In this document: positions 18,561 through 28,064 of the stretch, piece after piece
How the letters are laid out: every line of letters begins with the position of its first letter
Position numbering within the stretch: position 1 is the stretch's first letter
Assembly: GCA_963707915.1 (NCBI GenBank)
Contig: OY970178.1
Coordinates: 2,304,001 to 2,368,000, forward strand
Direction: 5' to 3'
From: Candidatus Eiseniibacteriota bacterium
GTDB lineage: Bacteria; Eisenbacteria; RBG-16-71-46
Length of the DNA: 64,000 bases
The notes under the pieces: generated by a model
What the model was told of the DNA's origin: nothing
The model's input: only the letters and a program-made list of their open reading frames with translations
The model's database searches: none
Made by a program: the position numbers and the translations under genes

Positions 18561-19586
18561 TCACGGCTGTCGCACGCCGGGTTCGCCCGCTGCACGGTCC
18601 GCCGCGCGCTCGTTGCCCGCGCCCACCCCGAGGCCCTTCGCCCTGGCCGCGGCGAGCAGTTCCCCCGGCAGCGGGAACATCACGCGCTCCTCGACGAGCT
18701 GGAAGGGCTCCACGCGGAAGCCGCCCAGTTCCTGCAGCCGCGCCACGCAGGATTGCACGATGCCCTCGGGCGTCGAGGCGCCGGCGGTCACGCCGACGTC
18801 GCGGCCCGGCTCGAGCCATTCGGGCCGGATGTCCCCGGCCGATTCGATCAGGTGGGCCCGGACGCCGAGGGTCCGGGCCACCTCGACCAGGCGGTTCGCG
18901 TTGCTGCTGGTCGGCGCGCCCACGACCAGCACGGTGCGGCAGCGCCGCGCCAGTTCCTTCACGGCGTTCTGTCGGTTCTGCGTGGCGTAGCAGATGTCGT
19001 CCTTCGCCGGCTCGAGGATCTCCGGGAAGCGGCGCCTGAGCACCTCGACGACGACGCGGCAATCGTCCACCGAGAGCGTGGTCTGCGTGATGCAGGCGAC
19101 CTTCCGCGGGTCGGACACGGTCAGCGCCTCGGCCTCCGCCACGTTCTCGACGACCTGGATGGACTCGGGCGCCTCGCTGCGCACGCCCTGCACCTCGACG
19201 TGGTCCCGGTGCCCGACGAGGACGATGGTGAAGCCCTGCCTCGCGTGTCGCAGCGCCTCGAGGTGCACCTTCGTCACCAGCGGGCAGGTCGCGTCCAGCG
19301 CCTTCAGGCCGCGCCCGGCCGCCTCGGCGCGGACCGCGGGCGACACGCCGTGGGCCGAGAAGATCACCACCGCGCCCCGCGGCACGTCGGCGAGATCGTC
19401 GGTGAAGACCGCGCCCTTCGCCCGCAGGCCGTCGACCACGTGCCGGTTGTGGACGATCTCGTGCCGCACGTAGACCGGCGGCCCGTAGACCTGCAGGGCC
19501 ATCTCGACCACGTCGATGGCGCGGTCCACCCCCGCGCAGAACCCGCGCGGGGCGGCAAGATGGAGGACGGACTGGGCCTGGGACAT
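18561..19586 (-). CDS. ispH: 4-hydroxy-3-methylbut-2-enyl diphosphate reductase
   Basis: APRGFCAGVDRAI, HEIVHN, FSAHG, DATCPLVTKVH, HVEV, DICYATQNRQ, SSNANRL, TAGASTP. Confidence 0.97.
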   Translation of the reverse strand: MSQAQSVLHLAAPRGFCAGVDRAIDVVEMALQVYGPPVYVRHEIVHNRHVVDGLRAKGAVFTDDLADVPRGAVVIFSAHGVSPAVRAEAAGRGLKALDATCPLVTKVHLEALRHARQGFTIVLVGHRDHVEVQGVRSEAPESIQVVENVAEAEALTVSDPRKVACITQTTLSVDDCRVVVEVLRRRFPEILEPAKDDICYATQNRQNAVKELARRCRTVLVVGAPTSSNANRLVEVARTLGVRAHLIESAGDIRPEWLEPGRDVGVTAGASTPEGIVQSCVARLQELGGFRVEPFQLVEERVMFPLPGELLAAARAKGLGVGAGNERAADRAAGEPGVRQP

Positions 19587-19679
19587 GGACGGGAAGCCTC
19601 GGGACCGGGTCGGGGAAGCGCGGCCCGTGGACTCTAACCGACCGCGCGCGGCGGGCAAAGCCCGTCCGCCGCAGCCCGC

Positions 19680-20993
19680 CTATCTCGCTTCGGCCGGCGG
19701 CGCCGGGTACAGCGAATCGGCGAAGCCGGGCGGCACGTTCAGCCCGGTCCCGGTCCGCTGCGAATCGGCCGCCGCCCCCGGCGCTCCGCTCCGCGCGGCC
19801 GGCGGCAGCCGGCGCGCGTCGCGCCGCGCCTGGGTCGCGCTGTCCGACCGGAACAGCGCGCGCAGCGAATCGGGCGCCCGCGCGTCGAGCGTCGCGATGA
19901 GCCCGCGGGCGCGCGCCCGGAGCCGGCGGTCGCCCGCCAGGGATTCCGCGCGGCGCAGTTCCAGCGCGGACTCGCGCAGCCGCCCCTGGGCCTCGAGCGC
20001 CATTCCCATGATGAGCCGGGCCTCGGCCGAGCCGCGGTCGTGGCGCACGCCGTCGCGCGCCAGCTCCAGCGCGATGTCGTCGCGGCCGAGCGCCTCGTAG
20101 AGACGGACGGCCGCGAACCTCGCCTCGAGGTCGCCGGGGACGCGCCCCAGCAACCGGCGGTAGGCCGCACCGGCTTCGTCGAAGCGCTTCATCTGCACGA
20201 GCAGCTGCGCCTGTCCCTTCATCGCCAGCGCCAGCGTGCTGTCGCGCGTCTCGGCCTCGCGGAAGTCCGCGAGCGCCCGCTCGAGATCGCCCTTCGAGCG
20301 GTCGAGGTTCGCCAGGTTCACCCAGGCGCCGGTCTCCTTCGGATCGAGCGCGATGGCGCGGCGGTATTCCTCGCGCGCCTCGCTCTCCCGCCCCGCGGCA
20401 GCAAGCACGAATCCGAGGTCGCGATGCTCGAGCGCGCTCGGCGGGGGCAGGGCGATGGCGCGGCGCAGGACCTTCTCGGCGTCGCGCGGGCGGCCGGCGC
20501 GCATGTAGGCGTAGCCCAGCGCGCGCCAGTTCTCGCCGTCGCCCGGGAACCGCCGCGCCAGCGACTCGAGCTGGGCGATGGCACGCGCGTGCTCGTTCAG
20601 CTGCGCCAGGCCCAGGCCCAGCTGGCGGGCGGCAGCCACGTCGCCCGGGTGCCTCGCGAGCTCCGCCGCGAAGGCCTTGACCGCCTTCTCGACCTGGCCC
20701 GCGCCGAGGAACAGCAGCCCCATGCGGTAGTTCGGGCCGGCCAGCGCCGGATCGAGCGTGATGGCGCGCTGGTAGCAGATGATGGCCCCGGCGAGGACGT
20801 TGATGCGTTCCAGGCCGAGCCCCTTCTCGTACTGCTGGCGGGCCAGCGTCGCGGGGCTCCGGTCCGCCGTGTCGGGGAACGTCGCCCGGCCCGGCACGAG
20901 CAGCGGCCCGGGCGGCGACTCCGACAGGGTATCGGCGGGCGCCGCGGCGACGAGCGCCGCGAAGACGACGAGGAACTGCAGGAACGTGCTCAG
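19680..20993 (-). CDS. tetratricopeptide-repeat protein, probably secreted
   Basis: Multiple TPRs (e.g. AWVNLANL...ALADFREA); hydrophobic N-terminal signal; start codon uncertain (CTG at 20993). Confidence 0.8.
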   Translation of the reverse strand: MSTFLQFLVVFAALVAAAPADTLSESPPGPLLVPGRATFPDTADRSPATLARQQYEKGLGLERINVLAGAIICYQRAITLDPALAGPNYRMGLLFLGAGQVEKAVKAFAAELARHPGDVAAARQLGLGLAQLNEHARAIAQLESLARRFPGDGENWRALGYAYMRAGRPRDAEKVLRRAIALPPPSALEHRDLGFVLAAAGRESEAREEYRRAIALDPKETGAWVNLANLDRSKGDLERALADFREAETRDSTLALAMKGQAQLLVQMKRFDEAGAAYRRLLGRVPGDLEARFAAVRLYEALGRDDIALELARDGVRHDRGSAEARLIMGMALEAQGRLRESALELRRAESLAGDRRLRARARGLIATLDARAPDSLRALFRSDSATQARRDARRLPPAARSGAPGAAADSQRTGTGLNVPPGFADSLYPAPPAEAR

Positions 20994-21147
20994 TCGAGGG
21001 CCCCCGGGATGACCGGCCGGGACGGCGCCGGATGGCGGCAGTATAGCCGAGCGGCCGGGGTCGGCGCCCGCGAGCCCGCGCGGCGCCGGGCGTGTGCTAC
21101 CGTCGCGCGGTGATGACGTGGCGACGCACGAAGGTCCCGGAGCGTTC

Positions 21148-21990
21148 ATGAAGCGGACGCCCAGCCGCGACGCCCCGGACGACGCGGCCCTGGCGCGGCT
21201 GTGCCTCGGCGCCGAGCTCGCGTCGATGCGCGAGCGCACGGCGGGCGCGCCGGCCGCGCTGGTCGCGGAGCTCGGACTCCGCTGCGAGCCGGTGGACGGC
21301 GGCACGGCCTTCGTCGCCACCCGCTTTCCGCACCCGACGGTGAACCGGGTCACCGGCTTCGGTCTCGACCGGCCGCTCGACGAGGCGACGCTCGAGCGCG
21401 CCATCGCGCTCTATCCGCACCGGGGCTTCTCGATCCAGCCCAGTCCGATGGCGCGCCCGGCGGAGATCTCCGACTGGCTCACCGCGCGCGGCTTCACGGT
21501 GGGCTTCCGCTGGCTCATCTGGGCGCGCGAGACGCAGCCGCCGCCCGACGAGCCCGCGACCGGGCTCGAGCTGCGGCGGCTGGAAGCCGGGCACGCGGCC
21601 GAATTCGCGGAGCTGGTGTGCACCGCCTATGCGAACCCGGCGCGGCTCGCCCGGCTGCACGCGGCCGGCGTGGGGCGGCCGCGCTGGCATCACTGGGGCG
21701 CCTTCGACGGCGACCGGCTCGTCTCGGCCGGCATCCTCTACACGCACGGCGAGGTCGGCCGGCTGTTCACCGCCGGCACGCTGCCCACGCACCGCGGGCG
21801 CGGCGCGCAGGGCGCACTGGTGGTGCGGCGCATGCGGGAGGCGCGCGCGCTCGGCTGCCGCTGGGTCACGGCCGAGACCGCCGACGACCGTCCGGAGCAG
21901 CCGAACCCGTCGGTCCACAACCTGCGGCGGCTCGGCTGGCGCCTGCTGCACCGCCGCCCGGCGTGGATGCCGGGCGACAGCGAGAGCTAG
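21148..21990 (+). CDS. GNAT family N-acetyltransferase
   Basis: GTLPTHRGRGAQGALV acetyl-CoA motif A, PSVHNLRRLGW. Confidence 0.88.
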   Translation: MKRTPSRDAPDDAALARLCLGAELASMRERTAGAPAALVAELGLRCEPVDGGTAFVATRFPHPTVNRVTGFGLDRPLDEATLERAIALYPHRGFSIQPSPMARPAEISDWLTARGFTVGFRWLIWARETQPPPDEPATGLELRRLEAGHAAEFAELVCTAYANPARLARLHAAGVGRPRWHHWGAFDGDRLVSAGILYTHGEVGRLFTAGTLPTHRGRGAQGALVVRRMREARALGCRWVTAETADDRPEQPNPSVHNLRRLGWRLLHRRPAWMPGDSES

Positions 21991-22065
21991 CGGGCGGCCG
22001 CGCCCGTGGACCGCCCGCTCCAGGACGGACCGCACGACGACGCGACGACGCCCGCGCGGGGGCGG

Positions 22066-22872
22066 CTACCTTCCCCGGAACTCCGCCCGGCGCTTGGCGA
22101 GGTAGGCGCCGAGGCCCTCCTTCGCGTCATCGCTCCGGAACAGCAGTTGCGCCAGCTCGCGCTCGAGCGCCTGCGCGCTCTCGACCGGCAGCTCGCCGCC
22201 GCTCTGTACCGCCCGCTTGATGTGGCCCACGGCCTTCGCCGCGCCGTGCGGCGGACCGAAGCTGCGGGCGTGGCGCAGCACCTTCTCGAGGAAGTCCCCG
22301 GGGTCCGCGGCCTCCCAGACGTCGTTCACCAGGCCGAGCCGCTGTGCCTTGTCGAAGGTCATCAGCTCGCCGGTCACCATCAGCTCGATGGCCCGGCTGG
22401 GGTTGACGAGCCGCGCCAGGCGCTTCGTACCCCCGATGGCCGGCATCAGCCCGAGCTTCACCTCGGGCAGCCCGAGCTTGCCGCCGCCCTTGCGCGCGAT
22501 CCTCAGGTCCGCCGCCAGCGCGAGCTCCAGGCCGCCCCCCACGGCGTGCCCGTTGAGCGCCGCGATGACCAACTTGGGCGTGTGCTCGAGACGGTCGAGC
22601 GTCTCGCTGGCGTGGAGCAGGAAGGCGTGGCGGAAGGCCGGCGCGACGGCGTTGAGCATGCGGATGTCCCCGCCCGCGCAGAACACGCTCTCCCCCTCCC
22701 CGCACAGCACGATGGCGTGGACCTCGTCGTCGAAGCGCGCCTTGAGGATCGCCTCGTCGAGCTCGTGCATCATCTCGAAGGTGAAGCAGTTCATGGGCGG
22801 GTTGCACAGCTCGATCACCGCCACGCCGTCCTTCGCGCGGTAGTCGACGAGCCGCGAGTTGCCGGTTTCCAT
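22066..22872 (-). CDS. enoyl-CoA hydratase/isomerase family protein
   Basis: FCAGGDI, IAALNGHAVGGGLELALAADLRIA, GLPEVKLGLMP, DAKEG. Confidence 0.95.
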   Translation of the reverse strand: METGNSRLVDYRAKDGVAVIELCNPPMNCFTFEMMHELDEAILKARFDDEVHAIVLCGEGESVFCAGGDIRMLNAVAPAFRHAFLLHASETLDRLEHTPKLVIAALNGHAVGGGLELALAADLRIARKGGGKLGLPEVKLGLMPAIGGTKRLARLVNPSRAIELMVTGELMTFDKAQRLGLVNDVWEAADPGDFLEKVLRHARSFGPPHGAAKAVGHIKRAVQSGGELPVESAQALERELAQLLFRSDDAKEGLGAYLAKRRAEFRGR

Positions 22873-22980
22873 GGTGGGTCTCCGATGCCCGGGTGCGGTG
22901 CGGCCGAGTCCCGCGAACATCCCCAACCCCCGCCGCGGGCGTCAAGCCGGGCCGGAACCGGCGCACGGGCGGGGGTCCAC

Positions 22981-23006
22981 CGGGCGCGGACGTCGCCCTC
23001 CGGCCC
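22981..23006 (+). repeat. dispersed intergenic repeat, partial copy 3
   Basis: cgggcgcggacgtcgccctccggccc; 25/26 identical to 9477-9502. Confidence 0.65.
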
Positions 23007-23082
23007 CCCCCGCCCCCCCGGCGGTCCCCGCGAGCCCGGTCCTGCGTTCGCCCGCGCGCGGGGACTGCGCTACCTTGTGGAC

Positions 23083-23958
23083 ATGAAGGTCCGGTCCTGC
23101 GCGATCCTCCTCGCCCTCGCCCTGCTGCCCGGGCACGCGCCCCGCGCGGTCGCGGCCGAATGGCGCGGGCGCCTCTTCGCGACCACGCTGCCCGCTCCGT
23201 CGATGGGCGAGACGGAGCGCAGCGTGCGCGTCTACCTGCCGCCGACCTACGAGCAGCCGGAGGCCGCGAGCCGGCGCTACCCGGTCGTCTACCTGCTGCA
23301 CGGCTGGCCCGGCGGCGACGGCAACTGGCCCGGGAGCGGGCGCGCCGCCGAGACGCTCGACTCGCTGAGCGCGCGCGGCGCCATCCCCGAGGTCATCGCG
23401 GTGATGCCGAACGGCGCGGGCATCGGGCGGCTCGGGCGCCAGGAGTGGCTCGACTCCTGGGACGGCAAGGCCCGCATGGAGGAGTTCGTCTGGAAGGACC
23501 TCGTGGCCTGGACCGATCGCACCTACCGCACCCGGCCCGATTCCCTCCACCGCGCGTTGATCGGCCTCTCCGAGGGCGCGACCGGCGCGGTCAACATCGC
23601 CCTCAAGCACCCGGGCGTCTTCAACGCCTGCGGCGGCCTCAGCGGACAGTACGTCATGACGGACGACTGGGGCATGAAGCCGGTCTGGGCCGAGGGAGAG
23701 ACGGCCGTCCGCATCCGCGAGGCCAACAGCCCCGCGCTCTACGTCGCCCGGATCGCCCACACCGCCCGCCAGCAGGTCATCTACTTCGATTGCGGGATCG
23801 ACGACGAGGCGCTGGCGGACAACCGCGCCTTCGACCGCAAGCTCGACGAGGTGCGCGTACCCCACGTCTACCGCGAGTTTCGGGGCACGCACGGCTGGGG
23901 CTACTGGAAGGTCCACCTGCGCGACGCGCTCATCGCCTGCACCGCGAGGATGAAGTAG
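23083..23958 (+). CDS. secreted alpha/beta hydrolase (putative esterase family)
   Basis: Signal peptide; VYLPPTY, YPVVYLLHG, GLSEG nucleophile elbow, DCG-DD, GTHGWGYW. Confidence 0.9.
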   Translation: MKVRSCAILLALALLPGHAPRAVAAEWRGRLFATTLPAPSMGETERSVRVYLPPTYEQPEAASRRYPVVYLLHGWPGGDGNWPGSGRAAETLDSLSARGAIPEVIAVMPNGAGIGRLGRQEWLDSWDGKARMEEFVWKDLVAWTDRTYRTRPDSLHRALIGLSEGATGAVNIALKHPGVFNACGGLSGQYVMTDDWGMKPVWAEGETAVRIREANSPALYVARIAHTARQQVIYFDCGIDDEALADNRAFDRKLDEVRVPHVYREFRGTHGWGYWKVHLRDALIACTARMK

Positions 23959-23979
23959 GCGTCCACCCCGACACCCCCC

Positions 23980-24021
23980 TTGCGCCCCCCGGCGCGCCGT
24001 GTTATCGTTCATCTACGATAA
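23980..24021 (+). promoter_or_regulatory. arsR promoter with overlapping palindromic operator
   Basis: TTGCGC-N17-TATCGT; inverted repeat TTATCGT-N6-ACGATAA at 24002-24021 just before the AGGAGG RBS. Confidence 0.65.
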
Positions 24022-24037
24022 TCGATAGGAGGCGACC

Positions 24038-24346
24038 ATGACCCTGCAACGATCCCCCCGGACGAAGCCGCCACACCCCGCCGGCGACGTGGAGCTGGCG
24101 CGGCTCGCCCGCGCCCTGGCGCACCCGGCCCGCGTGCGCATCGTGCGCCTGCTGGCCCGGCGCGGCGAGTGCGTGTGCGGGCAGATCGTGCTCGACCTGC
24201 CGCTGGCCCAGGCCACGGTCTCGCAGCACCTCAAGGTGCTCAAGGAGGCCGGGATCATCCGCGGCCAGGTGGATGGTCCGCGCGTCTGCTACTGCCTCGA
24301 CCCGAAGATGCTGAATCGCCTGAGGACACTCGTCGGCGGGCTCTGA
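24038..24346 (+). CDS. arsR: ArsR/SmtB family metalloregulator
   Basis: [40 protein letters not shown]. Confidence 0.92.
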   Translation: MTLQRSPRTKPPHPAGDVELARLARALAHPARVRIVRLLARRGECVCGQIVLDLPLAQATVSQHLKVLKEAGIIRGQVDGPRVCYCLDPKMLNRLRTLVGGL

Positions 24347-24400
24347 TCCGGAACGGACACGCCGGCACGGAAGACCACCCAGGACCTGCAGGAGGATGCG

Positions 24401-25180
24401 ATGAGCGGGAACGAAGACATCCGCACCGTGGTGCGGGAGAAGTACGGAGAGATCGCCGAAGGCCGGCGGACCGGTTGCGGCTGCGGTGCCGGCGGCTGTG
24501 GCGACCTGCTGCTCACGCTCGGCTACACCGAGGAGCAGAAGGCCGCCGTCCCCGAGGGCGCCGACCTCGGCCTCGGCTGCGGCAACCCGCTCGCGCACGC
24601 CGCCCTGAAGCCGGGCGAGACCGTGCTCGACCTCGGCGCGGGCGCGGGGGTGGACTGCTTCCTCGCCGCGCGCGAGACCGGGCCCTCCGGGCGCGTCATC
24701 GGCGTGGACATGACGCCCTCGATGGTCGAGAGGGCGCGCGCCAACGCCGCGAAGGCGCGCACGGCGAACGTCGAGTTCCGGCTGGGCGAGATCGAGCACC
24801 TGCCGGTGGCCGACGCTTCCGTGGACTGCATCATCTCGAACTGCGTCGTGAACCTCTCTCCCGACAAGCTCCAGGTCTTCCGCGAAGCGCACCGCGCGCT
24901 GAAGCCCGGCGGACGGATGCTGCTCAGCGACCTCGTGCTCACGCGGCCGCTGTCCGAGGCGCTCCGGCAGGACGTCGAGCTCTACGTCGGCTGCATCGCC
25001 GGCGCCGCGATGAAGGACGAATACCTGGACCTGATCCGCCGGGCCGGCTTCGCCGAGGTCACCGTGGTCGAGGAACGCGCCTACACCGTGGGCCTGGACG
25101 CGCTGCCCGCGGGCAGCCCCGAGCGCGAGGCGTTCGCCTCCGTGGTGTCGGTGAAGGTGAGGGCGCGCAAGGCGGCCTGA
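24401..25180 (+). CDS. arsM: arsenite S-adenosylmethyltransferase
   Basis: VREKYGEIA, GCGCG..GC, LGLGCGNP, VLDLGAGAG, IISNCVVNL, YVGCIAGA. Confidence 0.92.
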   Translation: MSGNEDIRTVVREKYGEIAEGRRTGCGCGAGGCGDLLLTLGYTEEQKAAVPEGADLGLGCGNPLAHAALKPGETVLDLGAGAGVDCFLAARETGPSGRVIGVDMTPSMVERARANAAKARTANVEFRLGEIEHLPVADASVDCIISNCVVNLSPDKLQVFREAHRALKPGGRMLLSDLVLTRPLSEALRQDVELYVGCIAGAAMKDEYLDLIRRAGFAEVTVVEERAYTVGLDALPAGSPEREAFASVVSVKVRARKAA

Positions 25181-25243
25181 GACGCGCGCCGGGGGCGGCA
25201 CGCGGGCCCGGCCCGCGGCCGCCGCCGGGCGGAGCCAGTCCGC

Positions 25244-26314
25244 CTAGGGCAGCGCTGTCGTCCCTTCCAGCGACGGATCGGTCACGACGTCCGCCCGGAT
25301 GATGCCCAGGCGCCTCATGAGCCGGATGTAGTTCGCGCGCGAGCAGCCCTCGAGCCGGGCGGCGGCGCTCACGTTGCGGGCCGCGCGCAGCTGGCGCAGC
25401 ACGCAGTCGCGCTGGCCCTCGTCCTTCGCGTACTGCGACGGCCGCCAGGCCGGCTGAACGTCCCGGGGAAGGTCCTCGACTTCGATCACCCGCCGCGAGC
25501 CCATGCGCTGCAGGGCTCGCACGATCACGGCGGAGAGCTCGACGATGTTCCCGAACCACTCGCGTCCGGACAACTCCTCGATGGCCGTCGGGGAGAGCCG
25601 GCAGAGCGGCCCGTTGGCCTGCCGCGCGTTCTCGATGAGGCAGCGCGCCGCCAGCTGCGGCAGGTCCTGCAGGCGTTCCCTCAGCGCCGGCACGCGCAGG
25701 ATGGGCACCGGCAGGCCATCGTGTCCGGGCCCGGCCCCCGGCTTCGCCTTCCAGTCGCGACGCCACTGGCGAAGCGCGGCCCCGGCGCGGGTGACGCCCG
25801 TGCCCGGCTCGCCGTAGATGTACACGGGCGCGTCCCTCCTGGAGGCGTCCCGCAGCTCCTGCACGAACTCGCGGGCCAGCGGCGCCCGGACCACCCAGAC
25901 GTCCGTGGTGATCGGCGGGAGGTCCGGCGGGAGCTCCAGGGACGGGGGCTCGAGGAGCGCCTCGAGCCTCTGCTGGAGGCCCGTCATGAAGCCCGGATCG
26001 GTCATCTCCCCCGTGAAGTGCGGCAGCACCATCCGTTGCATGTCGTCGCGGAAGCTCCGCGAGACGACCTCGGTGTAGATGAGCCGGAAGGTCCGCGGCA
26101 GGGTCTCGCGGACCACCTGGAGCACGTCGACGCCACTGCCGCCCCCGGCCAGGTCGCACTTCGAGACCACCGCCGACCAGTGCCGCTGGGAGAGGACCGC
26201 CATCGCCTCCTCGACCCGGCCGACGTGACGGCACTCGAAGGAGCTCGAGAGACTGCGGAGCATGGCCTGGCCGCGCTCGACGTCGTCCTCGACCAGGAGC
26301 ACGCGATGCGTCAT
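25244..26314 (-). CDS. degenerate NtrC-like regulator (pseudo-receiver, collapsed AAA+, Fis-type HTH)
   Basis: VLLVEDD; PVYIYGEPGTGV; VPALRERLQDL; WFGNIVEL; NVSAAARLEGCSRANYIRLMRRLGI; no GAFTGA and no Walker B. Confidence 0.75.
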   Translation of the reverse strand: MTHRVLLVEDDVERGQAMLRSLSSSFECRHVGRVEEAMAVLSQRHWSAVVSKCDLAGGGSGVDVLQVVRETLPRTFRLIYTEVVSRSFRDDMQRMVLPHFTGEMTDPGFMTGLQQRLEALLEPPSLELPPDLPPITTDVWVVRAPLAREFVQELRDASRRDAPVYIYGEPGTGVTRAGAALRQWRRDWKAKPGAGPGHDGLPVPILRVPALRERLQDLPQLAARCLIENARQANGPLCRLSPTAIEELSGREWFGNIVELSAVIVRALQRMGSRRVIEVEDLPRDVQPAWRPSQYAKDEGQRDCVLRQLRAARNVSAAARLEGCSRANYIRLMRRLGIIRADVVTDPSLEGTTALP

Positions 26315-26833
26315 GACCCGACCGCTCCCCGGGGAGACATCGAGAGCGGGCAGGCCGCCCGTCGCGCCGGTGTCACGGCCGGCGACCGGAGGGCAGGGGG
26401 TTTCGGCCGGACGATGCAGGGGAGCGCGAGCACGCCACGGCTCAGCTCGGTCGAGATACCCGAACCGGAAATGCACGGTTGCCACGAGAACCAACGGAAG
26501 TCCAAGAGGGGCCTCTCTGACGATCCGGTGCATCGTGACGCAGGCGGGATTCTACTCGTTTCGCGAGGCTAGCGCACCAGGATCTCCGAGGCCAGCGCAT
26601 CGGGGTCCCGCATCAGGGTCTCGAAGATGAGACATCCGCGCGCGGCCCCGAATGCCGGACAATCGGACTCCCTCGGATGGTGTCCGTTCCGACCGGATGC
26701 ACGGGCGGACGGATGAGATCCTTGGTAACACGCCCTGCGGGACCACCGAAGCCATCACGCTCGGGGGACGGATGGTCCAGGTGCCCGCAGGGTTTTGCTT
26801 TTCCCGACGGACACCCGGCGCTTCGGTCGGATC

Positions 26834-27955
26834 CTAGCTCTTGCTCCGGCCGCCGCGCTTCGCCGCGGTCCGTCCCCGGCCCGCCGCTCCGTGCTTCACC
26901 GGCCGGCTCTTGCTGGTGGTCGCCCGCGCGCTGCGCTGGCTGGTGGCCGAGGCGCGCTCGGCCTTCTTGAGCCGCCCGGTCGCGGGCTTCACCCGCGTCT
27001 TCTTCTCGTCGGCCGCGCGCTTGGGCTTGAGCCTGGCGTGGTCCGGCCCCGCGCCGCGCTTCGACGACACCGTGCGCGTCGCGGCCGCGGGCGCCTTCTT
27101 CGCCGTCTTCTTCGCACCGTGATACTCGGGACGGACGGCCAGCCGGCTCATCGCCTTCGAGCCCTTCTTCACGGGCTTGCGCATCGCCACCTGGTGCGTG
27201 GGCACGTCCTGGTCGTAGGGCTCGGCCAGCTCCTCCTCGAACGTCTCCGGCGGCGCGGTCTCGCGGAACACGACCACGTTGCCGTCCGGGTCGAGCGCCT
27301 CGGCGAAGAACCCGAAGTCCTGCTCGGTCGGGGCGGTCGCGAAGACGACGTCCCGCTCGGCGATCTCGTCGACCCAGGCGTCCAGGTCGAGGGTCTCGAG
27401 GCAGAAGGCGATCCGCTGCCCGGCGTGCAGCGGGTGGTTGAGGCCCGCGGGGCGCTTGTGGACCGCGAGACGCACGTCACCCGCCTCGAACTCCACCCAG
27501 TGAGGGCTCACGTACGAGGTGGCCAGCCCGAGCCGGTCGCGGTAGAAGGCCACCGCCTGGTCGAGGTCCCGCACGTTGACGACGACCGTGCCGACGACCG
27601 GGCCGGCGTCGCTCGAACGGTCTCCGCCCGAGCGCAGCGCGACGAGGTTCCCCTCGGGGTCGCGGAACTGCGCCGTCGTCCCGTACGGCTGCTCCTGGAT
27701 CTCGCCCACCGGGTGGAGGCCCCGGTTGCGCAGGCGGTCGACCTCGCCCTTCACGTCGGGGCTGTCGAAGGTGAGCTCGATCTCGTGCCGGTGCATGGCG
27801 CCCAGCGGGTGCAGCGCCAGCGTCACGCCGGCGGTGCGGTAGGACGTCCAGTTCGGTCCCGCGTAGACCGGGTACAGGCCGATGCCCTCCTCGTAGAACT
27901 TCCGGGCGGCTTCCACATCGGGAGTGAAGAGGATGATCTGGACCAGGCGTCTCAT
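26834..27955 (-). CDS. VOC/glyoxalase family protein (tandem domains) with Lys/Ala/Arg-rich C-terminal tail
   Basis: DVEAARKFYE...FRDPEGN and VRDLDQAVAFYRDRLG...LDPDGN; tail KKTAKKAPAAA... Confidence 0.88.
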   Translation of the reverse strand: MRRLVQIILFTPDVEAARKFYEEGIGLYPVYAGPNWTSYRTAGVTLALHPLGAMHRHEIELTFDSPDVKGEVDRLRNRGLHPVGEIQEQPYGTTAQFRDPEGNLVALRSGGDRSSDAGPVVGTVVVNVRDLDQAVAFYRDRLGLATSYVSPHWVEFEAGDVRLAVHKRPAGLNHPLHAGQRIAFCLETLDLDAWVDEIAERDVVFATAPTEQDFGFFAEALDPDGNVVVFRETAPPETFEEELAEPYDQDVPTHQVAMRKPVKKGSKAMSRLAVRPEYHGAKKTAKKAPAAATRTVSSKRGAGPDHARLKPKRAADEKKTRVKPATGRLKKAERASATSQRSARATTSKSRPVKHGAAGRGRTAAKRGGRSKS

Positions 27956-28064
27956 GGTGTCCTCGGTTGCGATGGGGTCTCGGCTCGAGCGCGCGTGATG
28001 TCTGAGGTTGGATGCCGGTCGCGGCGCAACGGCGCCTGGGTTCGCGCGGTCACGCGTCGGACGG

